Shown: positions 47,116 through 61,150, numbered from the stretch's first letter. The stretch: 64,000 nucleotides of DNA from an uncultured Thermoleophilia bacterium (GCA_963707335.1 CAVPQD010000010.1:31676-95675); one strand, 5' to 3'. Program-made: numbers and translations. Notes: generated from the letters alone by a model not told the origin.

Positions 47116-48464
47116 TGACCATACCGAGCGGCATCTTCAAGGCCTACGACGTGCGCGGCCTCTACCCGCAGGAGCTGGACGAGGGCGGCGCCGAGCGCAT
47201 CGGCTTCGCCCTGGCGCAGCAGCTCAGGGCCGCGAGGCTCGGCGTGGGCATGGACCCCCGCCCCTCGTCGCCCAGCATCCTCGAGGCCTTCGCCGCCGGC
47301 GCGGCCCGGGCCGGCGCCGCCATCACGGACATCGGCACCGTCCCCACGGAGATGCTGTACTTCGGCGTCGCGTCCCTGGAGCTGGACGGCGGCGCCATGG
47401 TGACGGCCTCGCACAACCCGCCGCAGTACAACGGCATGAAGCTGGTCGAGGCGGGAGCCCTGCCCCTCAGCGGCGACCAGGGCATCCCCGAGCTGATGAA
47501 GCGGGCTCAGGCGGCGGAGGTGCTGCCGGAGGCGCCGCCCGGCTTGAGCCACGACCACGCCGACCTGTATCCCGCCTACGTGGAACACCTGCACGCCTTC
47601 GCGGACGTCTCGTCGTTCCGCCCGTACAAGGTGGTGATGGACGCGGCCAACGGCATCGCCGGCAAGCTCGCGTCGATGCTGTTCGACGGCAGCCCACTGC
47701 GGCGCGTCGAGATGTACTTCGAGGTGGACGGTACCTTTCCCAATCACGCGCCCAACCCGCTGCTGGAGGAGAACAGCCGCGAGATCCGCGAGCGCGTCGT
47801 GGCCGAGAAGGCGGACCTCGGCATCGCCTGGGACGGCGACGCCGACCGCTGCTTCTTCATCGACGAGGGCGGCGAGTTCGTGCCCGGCGATTTCGTCACG
47901 GCGCTGCTCGCTGAAGCGCTGCTGGCGCGCCACCCGGGCAGGAGCATCCTGTACGACCTGCGCGCCAGCCGCGCCGTGCCGGACACCATCCGGGCGAACG
48001 GCGGCGTGCCGCTGCTGAACCGGGTGGGGCACGCCTTCTTCAAGCAGCGCATGCGCCGCGAGGGCGGGCTGTTCGGCGGCGAAGTGTCCGGCCACTACTA
48101 CTTCGCCGACAACTTCAACGCCGACTCCGGCTTCATCCCGGCGCTGCTCATCCTCGACCTGCTGTCGCGCAAGGGCGCGACCATGGCGGAGCTGCTGGAG
48201 CCGCTGCGCAGCACCTACTTCATCAGCGGCGAGATCAACTCCACGGTGCCGGACGTCGCGGCCGCCCTGGCGCGCATCGAGAGGCGCTTCGGCGACGGCC
48301 ACATCACGAAGGTCGACGGGGTGTCCGTGGACTACGACGACTGGCACTTCAACGTGCGGCCCTCCAACACCGAGCCGCTGCTGCGCCTCAACCTGGGCGC
48401 CGACTCGCGGGAGCTCATGGAGGAGAAGCGCGACCTGGTGCTCGGGGTCATCCGTGAAGGATGA
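47115..48464 (+). CDS. phosphomannomutase/phosphoglucomutase (alpha-D-phosphohexomutase)
   Basis: ...GGAMVTASHNPPQYNGMKL... (active-site Ser loop TASHNP), ...GIAWDGDADRCFFIDE... (Mg loop), ...GGEVSGHYYF... (sugar loop). Confidence 0.9.
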   Translation: MTIPSGIFKAYDVRGLYPQELDEGGAERIGFALAQQLRAARLGVGMDPRPSSPSILEAFAAGAARAGAAITDIGTVPTEMLYFGVASLELDGGAMVTASHNPPQYNGMKLVEAGALPLSGDQGIPELMKRAQAAEVLPEAPPGLSHDHADLYPAYVEHLHAFADVSSFRPYKVVMDAANGIAGKLASMLFDGSPLRRVEMYFEVDGTFPNHAPNPLLEENSREIRERVVAEKADLGIAWDGDADRCFFIDEGGEFVPGDFVTALLAEALLARHPGRSILYDLRASRAVPDTIRANGGVPLLNRVGHAFFKQRMRREGGLFGGEVSGHYYFADNFNADSGFIPALLILDLLSRKGATMAELLEPLRSTYFISGEINSTVPDVAAALARIERRFGDGHITKVDGVSVDYDDWHFNVRPSNTEPLLRLNLGADSRELMEEKRDLVLGVIREG

Positions 48465-49552
48465 GATGAACGGGCGGCCCGGCGCAACGGTGGCCGCCGG
48501 CACGGCTGATCTGGACCAGGCGCGCGTGGACGAGTTCGATCGCGACGACATGCTCGGCGCCATCGCCGCGCTGCCCCGCCAGCTCACCGCCGGCTACGCG
48601 GCCGCGGCCGCCACGCTGGAGCGCCTGCCGGGCCCGTCCCGGCCGGCCGCCGTCGTCGTCTGCGGCATGGGCGGCTCCGGCATCGGCGGCGACCTGGCGC
48701 TCGCCGCCCTGCCGGAGCTTCCGGTGCCGGCGCTCGTGGTGCGCGGCTACCGGCTGCCGGTCTGGACCGGCCGTGACACGCTGGTGATAGCCGTCAGCTA
48801 CTCCGGCGATACGGAGGAGACGCTTGCCTGCGCCGAGCAGGCGCTGGACGCCGGGGCCGCGCTGACGTGCGTCGCCTCGGGAGGCCGCCTCGCGTCGCTG
48901 GCCGAGGCGCACGGCGTGACGCTCCTGCGCGTACCCGGCGGCGGCCAGCCCCGCGCAGCCGTCGGCTACCTTGCCGCGCCGCTGCTGGCCACGCTGGCGC
49001 GGGCCGGCCTCTGCGGCGGCGGGGAGGAGCACGTGGCCGAGGCGGCGGCGCTGCTGCGCGACGGCAACGCCGCCCTCGCCGCCGACGTGCCGGAGCACGC
49101 CAACGCCGCCAAGCGTCTCGCCCGTCAGTGCTTCAAGCGGCAGGTCGTGGTGTACGGCGCCGGCCTCACCGCCCCGGCGGCTCGCCGCTGGAAGGGCCAG
49201 ATCAACGAGAACGCCAAGGCGCCGGCCTTCTTCAACGAGCTGCCGGAGCTGGACCACAACGAGCTGATGGGCTGGACGAGCCTGCCCCACGTCACGGCCG
49301 GCAGTCTCGCCGTCTTCCTGGAGGACGAGCGCGAGGACCCGCGCCTGCTGCGCCGCGCGGAGCTCACGGCCCGCGGCCTCGCGGAGCGTGGCGTCACGGT
49401 GGAACGGGTGAGCGCGCGCGGCAAGTCGCGGCTCGCGCGCCTGTTCTCGCTGGTGCAGCTCGGCGACTACGCCTCCTTCTACCTGGCGCTGCTGTACGGC
49501 GTGGATCCGACGCCGGTGGCGGCGATCCAGGAATTCAAGGCCGAGCTGGCCG

Positions 49553-49569
<17 letters not shown>
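48454..49569 (+). CDS. bifunctional phosphoglucose/phosphomannose isomerase (SIS-domain, archaeal/actinobacterial PGI/PMI type)
   Basis: ...AAVVVCGMGGSGIGGDLA...LVIAVSYSGDTEETLAC... and a second SIS half match the family as I recall it; completes the GDP-mannose module with the two preceding genes. Confidence 0.7.
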
Positions 49570-51465
<1,896 letters not shown>

Positions 51466-51490
51466 GCCCGGCGCCGTTGGGGCTACGGGC

Positions 51491-52591
51491 GTGAGCGGCG
51501 TCGACGACAAGCTGGGTGCCTCCTCCCGCTTGCGCGTGCGCACGGTCGAGATCCTGCCGGACGCGGTGGTGCTCATCGACCAGCTCGCCCTGCCGCACGA
51601 GGAGAAGTACGTGCGCTGCGGCAGCTGGCGGCAGGTCGCCGATCGCATCGGCGACATGACGGTGCGCGGCGCGCCGGCCATCGGCGTCACCGCCGCCGGC
51701 GGCATCGCCCTGGCGGCGCGCGCCGCGGCTCAAGCCCACCCGGACGACCCGGCCGCGTTCCGGGCCGCGCTGGAGCAGGCCGCGAGCGGCCTGCTTGCCA
51801 CGCGGCCCACGGCCGTCAACCTGCGCTGGGCCCTGGACGAGATGCGCGCCGCCTGGACGGCGTGCGACGAGGCGCCGGCGGCGTGCGCGGCGCGCCTGCT
51901 GGCGCGGGCGCAGGCCATCCTGCTCGACGACGTCGAGCGCTGCCTGCGCATCGGCGAACATGGCGCCGCGCTCTTCGGCGCCGGCGCCCGCATCCTCACG
52001 CACTGCAACGCCGGCGCTCTGGCCACCGCCGGCTACGGCACCGCGCTGGGCGTCATCCGCTCCGCCTTCGCCGCCCATCCGGACATCTCCGTGCTGGTGG
52101 ACGAGACGCGTCCCTGGCTGCAGGGCGCGCGCCTCACGGCGTGGGAGCTGGCCGTCGAGGGCATCCCTTATCACGTCATCAGCGACAACATGGCGGGGCA
52201 CTTCATCAGCCGGGGGGAGGTCGACGGCGTGGTCGTCGGCGCGGACCGTATCGCCGCCAACGGCGACACGGCCAACAAGATCGGCACCTACACCGTGTCG
52301 GTGCTCGCCAAGGAGCACGGCGTGCCGTTCTATGTGGCTGCGCCGCTCTCCACCGTGGACCTCACCATCGCCTCGGGCGTCGAGATCCCCATCGAGGAGC
52401 GCGCCGCGGACGAGGTCACCTCCTTCCGCGGCCGGCAGGTCGCGCCGGACGGCGCCCCGGCGCGGCATCCCGCCTTCGACGTCACGCCGGCCGCCAATCT
52501 CACGGCCATCGTCACCGAGGCCGGCGTGCTGCGCGCGCCCTACGACGCCGCGCTGGCCCGCGCCTGCGCGGCGGGGGAGTGCGCGCCGTGA
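51491..52591 (+). CDS. mtnA: S-methyl-5-thioribose-1-phosphate isomerase (eIF-2B alpha/beta/delta family)
   Basis: ...RTVEILPDAVVLIDQLALPHEEKYVRCGSWRQVADRIGDMTVRGAPAIGVTAAGGIALAA...TRPTAVNLRWAL...ILTHCNAGALAT...GADRIAANGDTANKIGTY... is the MtnA pattern. Confidence 0.8.
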   Translation: MSGVDDKLGASSRLRVRTVEILPDAVVLIDQLALPHEEKYVRCGSWRQVADRIGDMTVRGAPAIGVTAAGGIALAARAAAQAHPDDPAAFRAALEQAASGLLATRPTAVNLRWALDEMRAAWTACDEAPAACAARLLARAQAILLDDVERCLRIGEHGAALFGAGARILTHCNAGALATAGYGTALGVIRSAFAAHPDISVLVDETRPWLQGARLTAWELAVEGIPYHVISDNMAGHFISRGEVDGVVVGADRIAANGDTANKIGTYTVSVLAKEHGVPFYVAAPLSTVDLTIASGVEIPIEERAADEVTSFRGRQVAPDGAPARHPAFDVTPAANLTAIVTEAGVLRAPYDAALARACAAGECAP

Positions 52592-53739
52592 GCGCCGCCG
52601 GCCCGGCCGTGAAAGCGATGATCATGGCGGCCGGCCTCGGCACCCGCCTGCACCCGCTCACCGGCCGCACGGCGAAGCCCATGGTGCCGATCCTCAACCG
52701 CCCCGTCATGGAGCATATGATCCACCTGCTGCGGCGGCACGGCGTCACCGAGGTGGCCGCCAACCTGCACTACCATCCGGAGAAGATCCGCCGGTACTTC
52801 GGGGACGGCTCTCAGCTCGGCGTGCAGCTGCGCTACAACCTGGAGGCGGAGTTGCTCGGCACGGCGGGCGGGGTCGGCGAATTCCGCAGCTTCTTCGGCG
52901 ACGGCACCTTCCTCGTGGTCAGTGGCGACGGGCTCACGGACATCGATCTCACCGCGTTCGTGGCCGCCCACAGGGCCTCCGGCGGCGTGGCCACGATGGC
53001 GGTCAAGCAGGTCGCCGACCCGTCGCTGTACGGCGTCGTCGTCCACGACGAGGGTCTGCGGGTATGCGGCTTCCAGGAGAAGCCCAAGGCCGCGGACGCC
53101 AGGTCCGACCTGTGCAACTGCGGCATCTACGCCTTCGAGCCCGCCATCTTCGACTACGTGCCGCCGGGCACGTTCGTGGACTGGGCCCGCGACGTGTTCC
53201 CCGCCCTGCTGAAGGACGACGTGCCGTTCCACGTGTGGCGGTTGGACGGCTACTGGAACGACGTCGGCAACATCGAGCAGTACCGCGCCAGCAACTTCGA
53301 CGCCCTTCTGGGGCGCGTCAAGCTGGATGTGCCCGGACGCCAGTACCAGCCCGGGGTCTGGATCGGCGAGGGCACGCAGATCGGATCCGACGTGCGCCTG
53401 GAGCCGCCCATCCTCATCGGCGCCGGCTGCCTCATCGAGGCGGAGGCGGAGCTCGTGGGGCCGCTCATCATCGGCGACGGCTGCGTCATCGAGAGCGGCG
53501 CCGTGCTGGAGGGTGTCATCAACTGGGACGGCGTCAAGGCGGGCCGCAACTCGCGCCTGGCCGGCAGCATCCTGGGACGGCACGTGGTCATCCACCACGA
53601 GGCCGTCGTGCACGAGGACGCCGTCATCGGCGACCGCTCGGACGTCGCCGCCTACGCCCTGGTGCCGCCCATGGCCCGTATCGAACCGCGGTCCGTCGTC
53701 GGCCCCGGCGCCGAGCCCGGGCCCGACCCGACGCCGTAG
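52588..53739 (+). CDS. second NDP-sugar pyrophosphorylase (nucleotidyltransferase plus left-handed beta-helix); substrate unknown
   Basis: ...AMIMAAGLGTRLHPLTGRTAKPMVPILNRPVMEHMIHLL... (GxGTRL), C-terminal hexapeptide repeats (...IGAGCLIEAEAELVGPLIIGDGCVIESGAVLEG...); start overlaps the mtnA stop, so likely co-translated. Confidence 0.8.
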   Translation: MSAAGPAVKAMIMAAGLGTRLHPLTGRTAKPMVPILNRPVMEHMIHLLRRHGVTEVAANLHYHPEKIRRYFGDGSQLGVQLRYNLEAELLGTAGGVGEFRSFFGDGTFLVVSGDGLTDIDLTAFVAAHRASGGVATMAVKQVADPSLYGVVVHDEGLRVCGFQEKPKAADARSDLCNCGIYAFEPAIFDYVPPGTFVDWARDVFPALLKDDVPFHVWRLDGYWNDVGNIEQYRASNFDALLGRVKLDVPGRQYQPGVWIGEGTQIGSDVRLEPPILIGAGCLIEAEAELVGPLIIGDGCVIESGAVLEGVINWDGVKAGRNSRLAGSILGRHVVIHHEAVVHEDAVIGDRSDVAAYALVPPMARIEPRSVVGPGAEPGPDPTP

Positions 53740-53764
53740 GGGCGGCCGCCGGTGAAAAGCCACC

Positions 53765-53856
53765 GAAGGCGGGCTTTCGTGGGGGGCGACGAAGTCGCAC
53801 CCCACAGTGGCCACCGGAGGGAAGCCTTCGTGGGGGGCGACGAAGCCGCACCCCAC
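53765..53856 (+). repeat. two tandem copies (period about 52 nt) of a hairpin-forming repeat between the nucleotidyltransferase stop and comF
   Basis: Read directly: gaaggcgggctttcGTGGGGGGCGACGAAGTCGCACCCCAC (53765-53805) and gaagccttcGTGGGGGGCGACGAAGCCGCACCCCAC (53821-53856); each contains the inverted repeat GTGGGG...CCCCAC around GCGAC-GAAG-(T/C)CGC. Confidence 0.6.
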
Positions 53857-54636
53857 TACGCCCGGGGCGCACTGGACGGCTTTCTCGACCTGCTCTTCCC
53901 CAAGCGCTGCGTGCGCTGCCGGGCCGCCGGCGGCTGGCTCTGCGAGCCCTGCGCCGGCGGCCTCACGTCGCTGCCCGCCGTCCGCTGCGCGCGCTGCGGC
54001 GCGCCCGGCGACTGGTCGCGGCGCCCCTGCCCGGAGTGCGCCGGCCGCGAGCTCGCCTTCCTCACCGCGTGTGCGGCCTTCACCTACGAAGGGGCGGCCC
54101 GCGACCTCGTGACGGCGTGCAAGTTCCGCGCCCTGCGCTCCATCGCGGACGAGATGACGGTGCGGGCCGCGCCGGCGTTCCGCGCCGCCTGCGGCGTCGT
54201 TCCCGCCGGCCCCGCCGCGCCCGTTCCCGGCGTCCTGGTCACCTGGGTACCCGGCCACCGCGACCACAGCCTGGAGCGCGGCTTCAACCAGGCGGAACTG
54301 CTCGCCCGCGGGCTTGCGCGCACGACCGGCCTCGCCTATGCTCCGCTGCTCCGCCGCGTGCGGCACGGGGCCCGCCAGAGTGGCCTGGACCGGGCCGCGC
54401 GCGCGGCCAACGTCCACGATGCTTTCGCGTTGCGGGAGGATGCGAAGCGGGTACTAAGAAACCTCAAGCGAGTCGTAATCGTTGACGACGTATACACCAC
54501 AGGTGAAACGTTGAACCATTGCGCTGATGCACTCGCTCGGGCAGACCTTCGACCCCATGTCTTCACGTTCGCGCGGACCGTCCGCGCCTCCTCCGCAACG
54601 CGACGCAACACCCTCCAGAAGGAGCGCTGTCGATGA
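53830..54636 (+). CDS. comF: ComF-family protein (ComFC-like phosphoribosyltransferase-domain protein); start uncertain (GTG 53830 lies inside the second hairpin repeat)
   Basis: N-terminal double CxxC zinc-finger (FPKRCVRCRAAGGWLCEPCAGG...VRCARCGAPGDW...CPECAG) and C-terminal PRTase-type motif (VVIVDDVYTTGETL) are typical of ComFC. Confidence 0.75.
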   Translation: MGGDEAAPHYARGALDGFLDLLFPKRCVRCRAAGGWLCEPCAGGLTSLPAVRCARCGAPGDWSRRPCPECAGRELAFLTACAAFTYEGAARDLVTACKFRALRSIADEMTVRAAPAFRAACGVVPAGPAAPVPGVLVTWVPGHRDHSLERGFNQAELLARGLARTTGLAYAPLLRRVRHGARQSGLDRAARAANVHDAFALREDAKRVLRNLKRVVIVDDVYTTGETLNHCADALARADLRPHVFTFARTVRASSATRRNTLQKERCR

Positions 54637-55247
54637 AAACCCAGATCAAGGGCCGCAACGTCACCGTCACCGACGCCCTGCAGGACTACGCCAACGAGAA
54701 GATCGAGCGTGTCCACAAGCTCCTGCAGCAGCGCAAGATCGACGACGTGACGCGGGTGGAGCTGGAGCTCAAGGTGCACAAGAACCCGAGCATCGCCGAA
54801 CCGTGCATGGCGGAGGCGACCATCTTCACCAGGGGCCCCGTGATCCGCGCCCACGACTCCTCCACCGACATGTATGCAGCCATCGATCTGGTCACAGACA
54901 AGCTCGTCCGCCGCGTGAAGAAGTACCACGACCGCGTCCACGGCAAGACGCGCAGGGGGCACGAGAAGCTGGTCGTGGAGGCCGAGTCGGGGCCCGCGCC
55001 GGCGGATGCGGCCGCCCTGGACCAGTTCCAGGCGGACTTGCTGGAGCCGGGCAGCGGCGACAACGGCCAGGTCGTCAAGACCAAGCAGTTCGCCCTGAAG
55101 CCCATGTCGATCGCGGAGGCGGCCCTGCAGCTGGAGCTCATCGGCCACAGCTTCTTCGTGTTCACCAACGCGGAGACCAGCCGCACCAACGTGCTGTACC
55201 GGCGCAACGACGGCCACTACGGCCTCATCGAGCCCGCTGACAACTGA
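54633..55247 (+). CDS. hpf: ribosome hibernation-promoting factor, long form
   Basis: MKTQIKGRNVTVTDALQDYANEKIERVHKLL...VELELKVHKNPS... (YfiA/HPF N-domain) plus a C-terminal dimerisation domain ...KTKQFALKPMSIAEAALQLELIGHSFFVFTNAETSRTNVLYRRNDGHYGLIEP. Confidence 0.9.
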   Translation: MKTQIKGRNVTVTDALQDYANEKIERVHKLLQQRKIDDVTRVELELKVHKNPSIAEPCMAEATIFTRGPVIRAHDSSTDMYAAIDLVTDKLVRRVKKYHDRVHGKTRRGHEKLVVEAESGPAPADAAALDQFQADLLEPGSGDNGQVVKTKQFALKPMSIAEAALQLELIGHSFFVFTNAETSRTNVLYRRNDGHYGLIEPADN

Positions 55248-55285
55248 CGGGCGCGGGTCGTCTGTCTCACTCGCAGCGTCACCGT

Positions 55286-55318
55286 ACGGCGCGGCCGGAC
55301 GACGCTCGGCCGCGCCGT
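55286..55318 (+). terminator. hairpin after hpf (11-bp GC stem, 10-nt loop)
   Basis: acggcgcggcc-ggacgacgct-cggccgcgccgt read directly, 39 nt after the hpf stop; no U tract. Confidence 0.4.
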
Positions 55319-55371
55319 GTGCGACAATGTGAACTGAACCCAAGCGAGCAAACCGGGGGAGTGTCCCGTAC

Positions 55372-58035
<2,664 letters not shown>

Positions 58036-58346
58036 CCGGCTTCGGCGGCCCTCATGCGCCGTGGAACGTCTGCTCTCGCTGACCTTCGGCAGCTCGAGGC
58101 CCTCTCGTTTCACGGGGCGTTGTCGAGCCTCCGGCTCGACCGGCCCGTGCGATGCCGTCGACTGCGTCCGCTCATCCCACGCAGCGTGAGTCGCACTGCC
58201 ACTGAGTCGCACCTCTTCGCCTCGGCTGCTAGGAACTGACCCGCGGCGCCGTTTCTCTGTGTAAGGCTTTCCTTGCCCGCGCGGTGCCGCACGTGAGCCG
58301 CGCCGGCATTCGGGCGAAGAGGCGACGTCGAAGGACAGGGGGGCTC

Positions 58347-59613
58347 GTGTCGAGGGTCAGGGCGCTTGTCGTCGCGGCAGGTCTCACCGTGCTCGTGCTG
58401 GCCATCGCCGCGCCGGGATCGTCCGCGGCCGGCTCCGTGGCCTCCGAGCTCGCCGCGGCGTCCATCCGCACGGTGGTCGCCGGCAGCGCCGCGGCCGACG
58501 TCATCCAGATCACCCAGCTGCCCGACGGCTCGTTGTCGGTGCTGGCGAACGGGTCCGAGACGATCGTGCCGCCGGCGACCTCCGTGGTCATCGACGCGCT
58601 CGCGGGCGACGACGAGGTGACGGCTGACGCGTCGCTCACGCGGGGGATCGTGGTGATCGCTGGGGCCGGCGCCGACCGTGTCGTCGCGGGCGCCGGCGCC
58701 GACTACGTGGACGGCGGTGCCGGCAGGGACGTGCTTGACGGCGGCGCCGGCGACGACGTCCTGTACGGGGGGCCCGGCGCCGATCAGGTCGCCGGCTCGG
58801 ACGGCGCCGACTACCTGGACGGCGGCGCCGGCGACGACGCCGTGTCAGGCGGCGCCGGCGACGACGTCCTGATGGGCGGGCAGGACGCCGACACGCTGGC
58901 CGGCGAGGACGGCGACGACCTGCTGGCCGGCGGCGCCGGCGTCGACTGCGTACGCCGGCGGCGCCGGCCAGCAGCGCACGTTCGCGCAGCGTAGCGACCG
59001 CCGGCCGTTCGCCGCCGCCGGCTCCGTCACCTGGGTCGCCGTCGGCGGGGTCAACGCCGCGGGCGGGGCGGTCGGCAGCAGCCTCGCCTTCTCCAGGACG
59101 GGAGCCTTCTCGCAGCGCCTCACCTCCGACGTGCAGGCGCTGCTCTCGTTACCCATCGGGCGCCGCATGCTGCTGTCGCTCGACGCCGCGGGCAAGCGGA
59201 TCGGCGTCGTCCGCAGCGGCACAGGGAACCGGACGACCATCCGCGACTCGGCTGCGGCGTTCCTGCGGTCCACCGGCAAGCGCGGGCCGGGATCCGCCGT
59301 CAGTGTGGCCTACGACCCCGTCGGGATCGTGACTGGCGATGGCAGCGAGGCTTGGATGCACCGTCCCCCGGTCGTCGGCCTGTACCACGAGCTCGTGCAC
59401 GCCCTCAACGCCGCGACGGGGTCGCTGCAGCCGCACACGACCGGCGCCGGCGTCCCCAAGCTCGAGCTGCAGGCGATCGGACTGCCCTTCGCCGGCATCC
59501 GCTGGGACCACGACGGCAAGGCCTCCACGCCGCGCCAGTCGGGCAACCAGCGGGTGTTCACCGAGAACGGCTTGCGAGCCTTCCTGAGCTTGCAGCCGAG
59601 GACCCGCTACTGA
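58347..59613 (+). CDS. secreted RTX-repeat (hemolysin-type Ca-binding) protein with C-terminal HExxH zinc-metallopeptidase-like domain; one frame disruption (about 58950)
   Basis: GTG 58347: signal-peptide-like VSRVRALVVAAGLTVLVLAIAAPGSSAAG; Gly/Asp nonapeptide repeats GAGADYVDGGAGRDVLDGGAGDDVLYGGPGADQVAGSDGADYLDGGAGDDAVSGGAGDDVLMGGQDADTLAGEDGDDLLAGGAG. Shift, then ...AYAGGAGQQRTF...VSVAYDPVGIVTGDGSEAWMHRPPVVGLYHELVHALNAATGSLQ...GIRWDHDGK...RTRY* (TGA 59611-59613). HELVH is read directly; family assignment (effector/toxin-type zincin) is inference. Confidence 0.6.
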
Positions 59614-59723
59614 CTCACGCGGCGCTTTCTCGTGCGTTCCCGCGGGCCCGTGCGCGATCGCGGCGGGGTGACTGGCCGTGCTGCGCCGCTCCGAAGCGGT
59701 CGCACACTCGCGGACGGCGCCGC

Positions 59724-60429
59724 TCAGGGCGACGCCGTGGGCGAGGGCTCCGGCGTCGGCGACGTGGACGGCGAAGCTGTCGGCTCCGGCGATCCGGAGG
59801 TCGTCGGGGTCGGCGTCGGCGTCGCCGACGGCTCCGCACTGGGCTGCGGTGTCGGCGACGCGGACGCTCCCGTCTCGCCGACGGTCAGCGGCGTGGGTGT
59901 GCCGCTCGGGGCCGTCGCGAGGGGCGAGGCGGTCGCCGTGGGGGAGCCGGAGGGAGACGGGACGGCGGCGATCGATGACCGACGGCGCCGGACTTGCCGA
60001 AGGCTGCGCCCCCGCCGCGGGCGGCCTTCCGGCCGTCGCCGTCGGGGCCGCCGCGCCTGATCACTGGTCGGCCGCGGGACCGGCGGCGAGGTCCGCGCGG
60101 CGTGCTCGACGGCATACGCGCCGCCGATGCTCCCCGTGATCAGCGTCGCCGACGCGCCGATGGTGCCGACTTTGGTGCACAACGCGTCGGCCAGGCGCGC
60201 CATGATGCCGACGGCGGCGTCGCCACCGTGACCGGACGACAGACCCACGCTCGTCGTGACGGCGCTCAGCAGCGCCGAGCTCTCGAGGCCGGCCGGCAAG
60301 GGCGCCTGTGGCAGATGCAGGCGCGGCAGCCAGAGGCCCAGGGCGAGTGCGCCCGCCTTGCCGGTCACGCCGCCCAGATCCCTGCCGGCGGGACGGCCCT
60401 CAGCCGCGACGGGCGGGCCGTCAGGCCCG
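59724..60429 (-). CDS. anti-sigma-factor-like membrane protein with Pro/Thr/Ser-rich extracytoplasmic tail, in the same open frame as the upstream ECF sigma region 4 (boundary/stop not resolved)
   Basis: Minus strand: ...GPDGPPVAAEGRPAGRDLGGVTGKAGALALGLWLPRLHL...GIMARLADALCTKVGTIGASATLITGSIGGAYAV (hydrophobic segment) ...SPSGSPTATASPLATAPSGTPTPLTVGETGASASPTPQPSAEPSATPTPTPTTSGSPEPTASPSTSPTPEPSPTASP* (TGA rc 59724-59726). Confidence 0.4.
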
Positions 60430-60969
60430 TGCAGGTCGAGGAAGTGCCGGCGGAACGTCTTGCGGGCACGCGACAGCGTCACCGCCGCGGAATCTGGCGT
60501 GGTGCCCAGGGCGAAAGCGACCTCGCCGGTGGGCAGGCCGTGGACTTCGCGCAGCAACAGCGCGGCCCGCTGCGCCGGCGGCAGCCGTCGCAGCGTCGCC
60601 TCGACGGCTCGTACGAGCTCGGACTGCTCGAAGCCGTCCACGGGGCTCGTCAAGATCGGGTCGCTCGTCCGCGGCCTGCGGTCTGCGGCGGAGTGCCCGC
60701 AGGTGGTCGTAGCAGGCGTTGACGGTGACCCGGTACAGCCAGGCGCGCTGGTGCAGTTCGCCGGGCTTGCCGAGGCGCTCGAACGCCTTGAGCAGGACGT
60801 CCTGGGAGATGTCCCGCGCATCCTCGCGGTCGCCAACGAGCCGGACCGCGAGGTTGTAGACGCCGAGCGCATGCTCGCGATGAAGGTCGGCGAAGGCGGC
60901 ATGCTGCGCAGCGTCGTCGTGGCGCCCTCGTCTGACGCGCAGTTGCAGCTTCACCCCGGTCCCCTTCAC
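60430..60969 (-). CDS. ECF-type RNA polymerase sigma-70 factor (regions 2 and 4); one frame disruption (about 60690)
   Basis: Minus strand from GTG (rc 60967-60969): ...HAAFADLHREHALGVYNLAVRLVGDREDARDISQDVLLKAFERLGKPGELHQRAWLYRVTVNACYDHLRALRRRP (region 2), shift, ...ELVRAVEATLRRLPPAQRAALLLREVHGLPTGEVAFALGTTPDSAAVTLSRARKTFRRHF (region 4 HTH); the N-terminal frame has a stop at 60421-60423 right after the region-4 position. Confidence 0.7.
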
Positions 60970-61150
60970 GCGCGTGTCCCTGACTACAAGAACGCGCCGA
61001 GCAGCCCAACCTTAGCACGCCGCCGGCGCGGGGCGCGACGGCGGGGGCCGATCCTGCCGCGGCGCCGGGGCCGCGGCGGGCGAAACGCTAAGGAGCTGGC
61101 GCAACAGGCGTTTCTACAGTCGGACCGGTAATCACAGGAAGGGAGAGACG

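Noticed and set aside
58232-58253. GGAAC ... CGTT resembling an ECF sigma promoter upstream of the RTX/HExxH gene
   Set aside because: The spacer is 13 nt, not the usual 16-17, and without knowing the ECF group the match is not convincing.
58620-58950. Highly periodic GGCGCCGGCG/GACGAC repeats that could be mistaken for a CRISPR or VNTR array
   Set aside because: The period is 27 nt, there are no unique spacers, and it is in frame inside a coding sequence: these are RTX nonapeptide (GGxGxDxLx) repeats.
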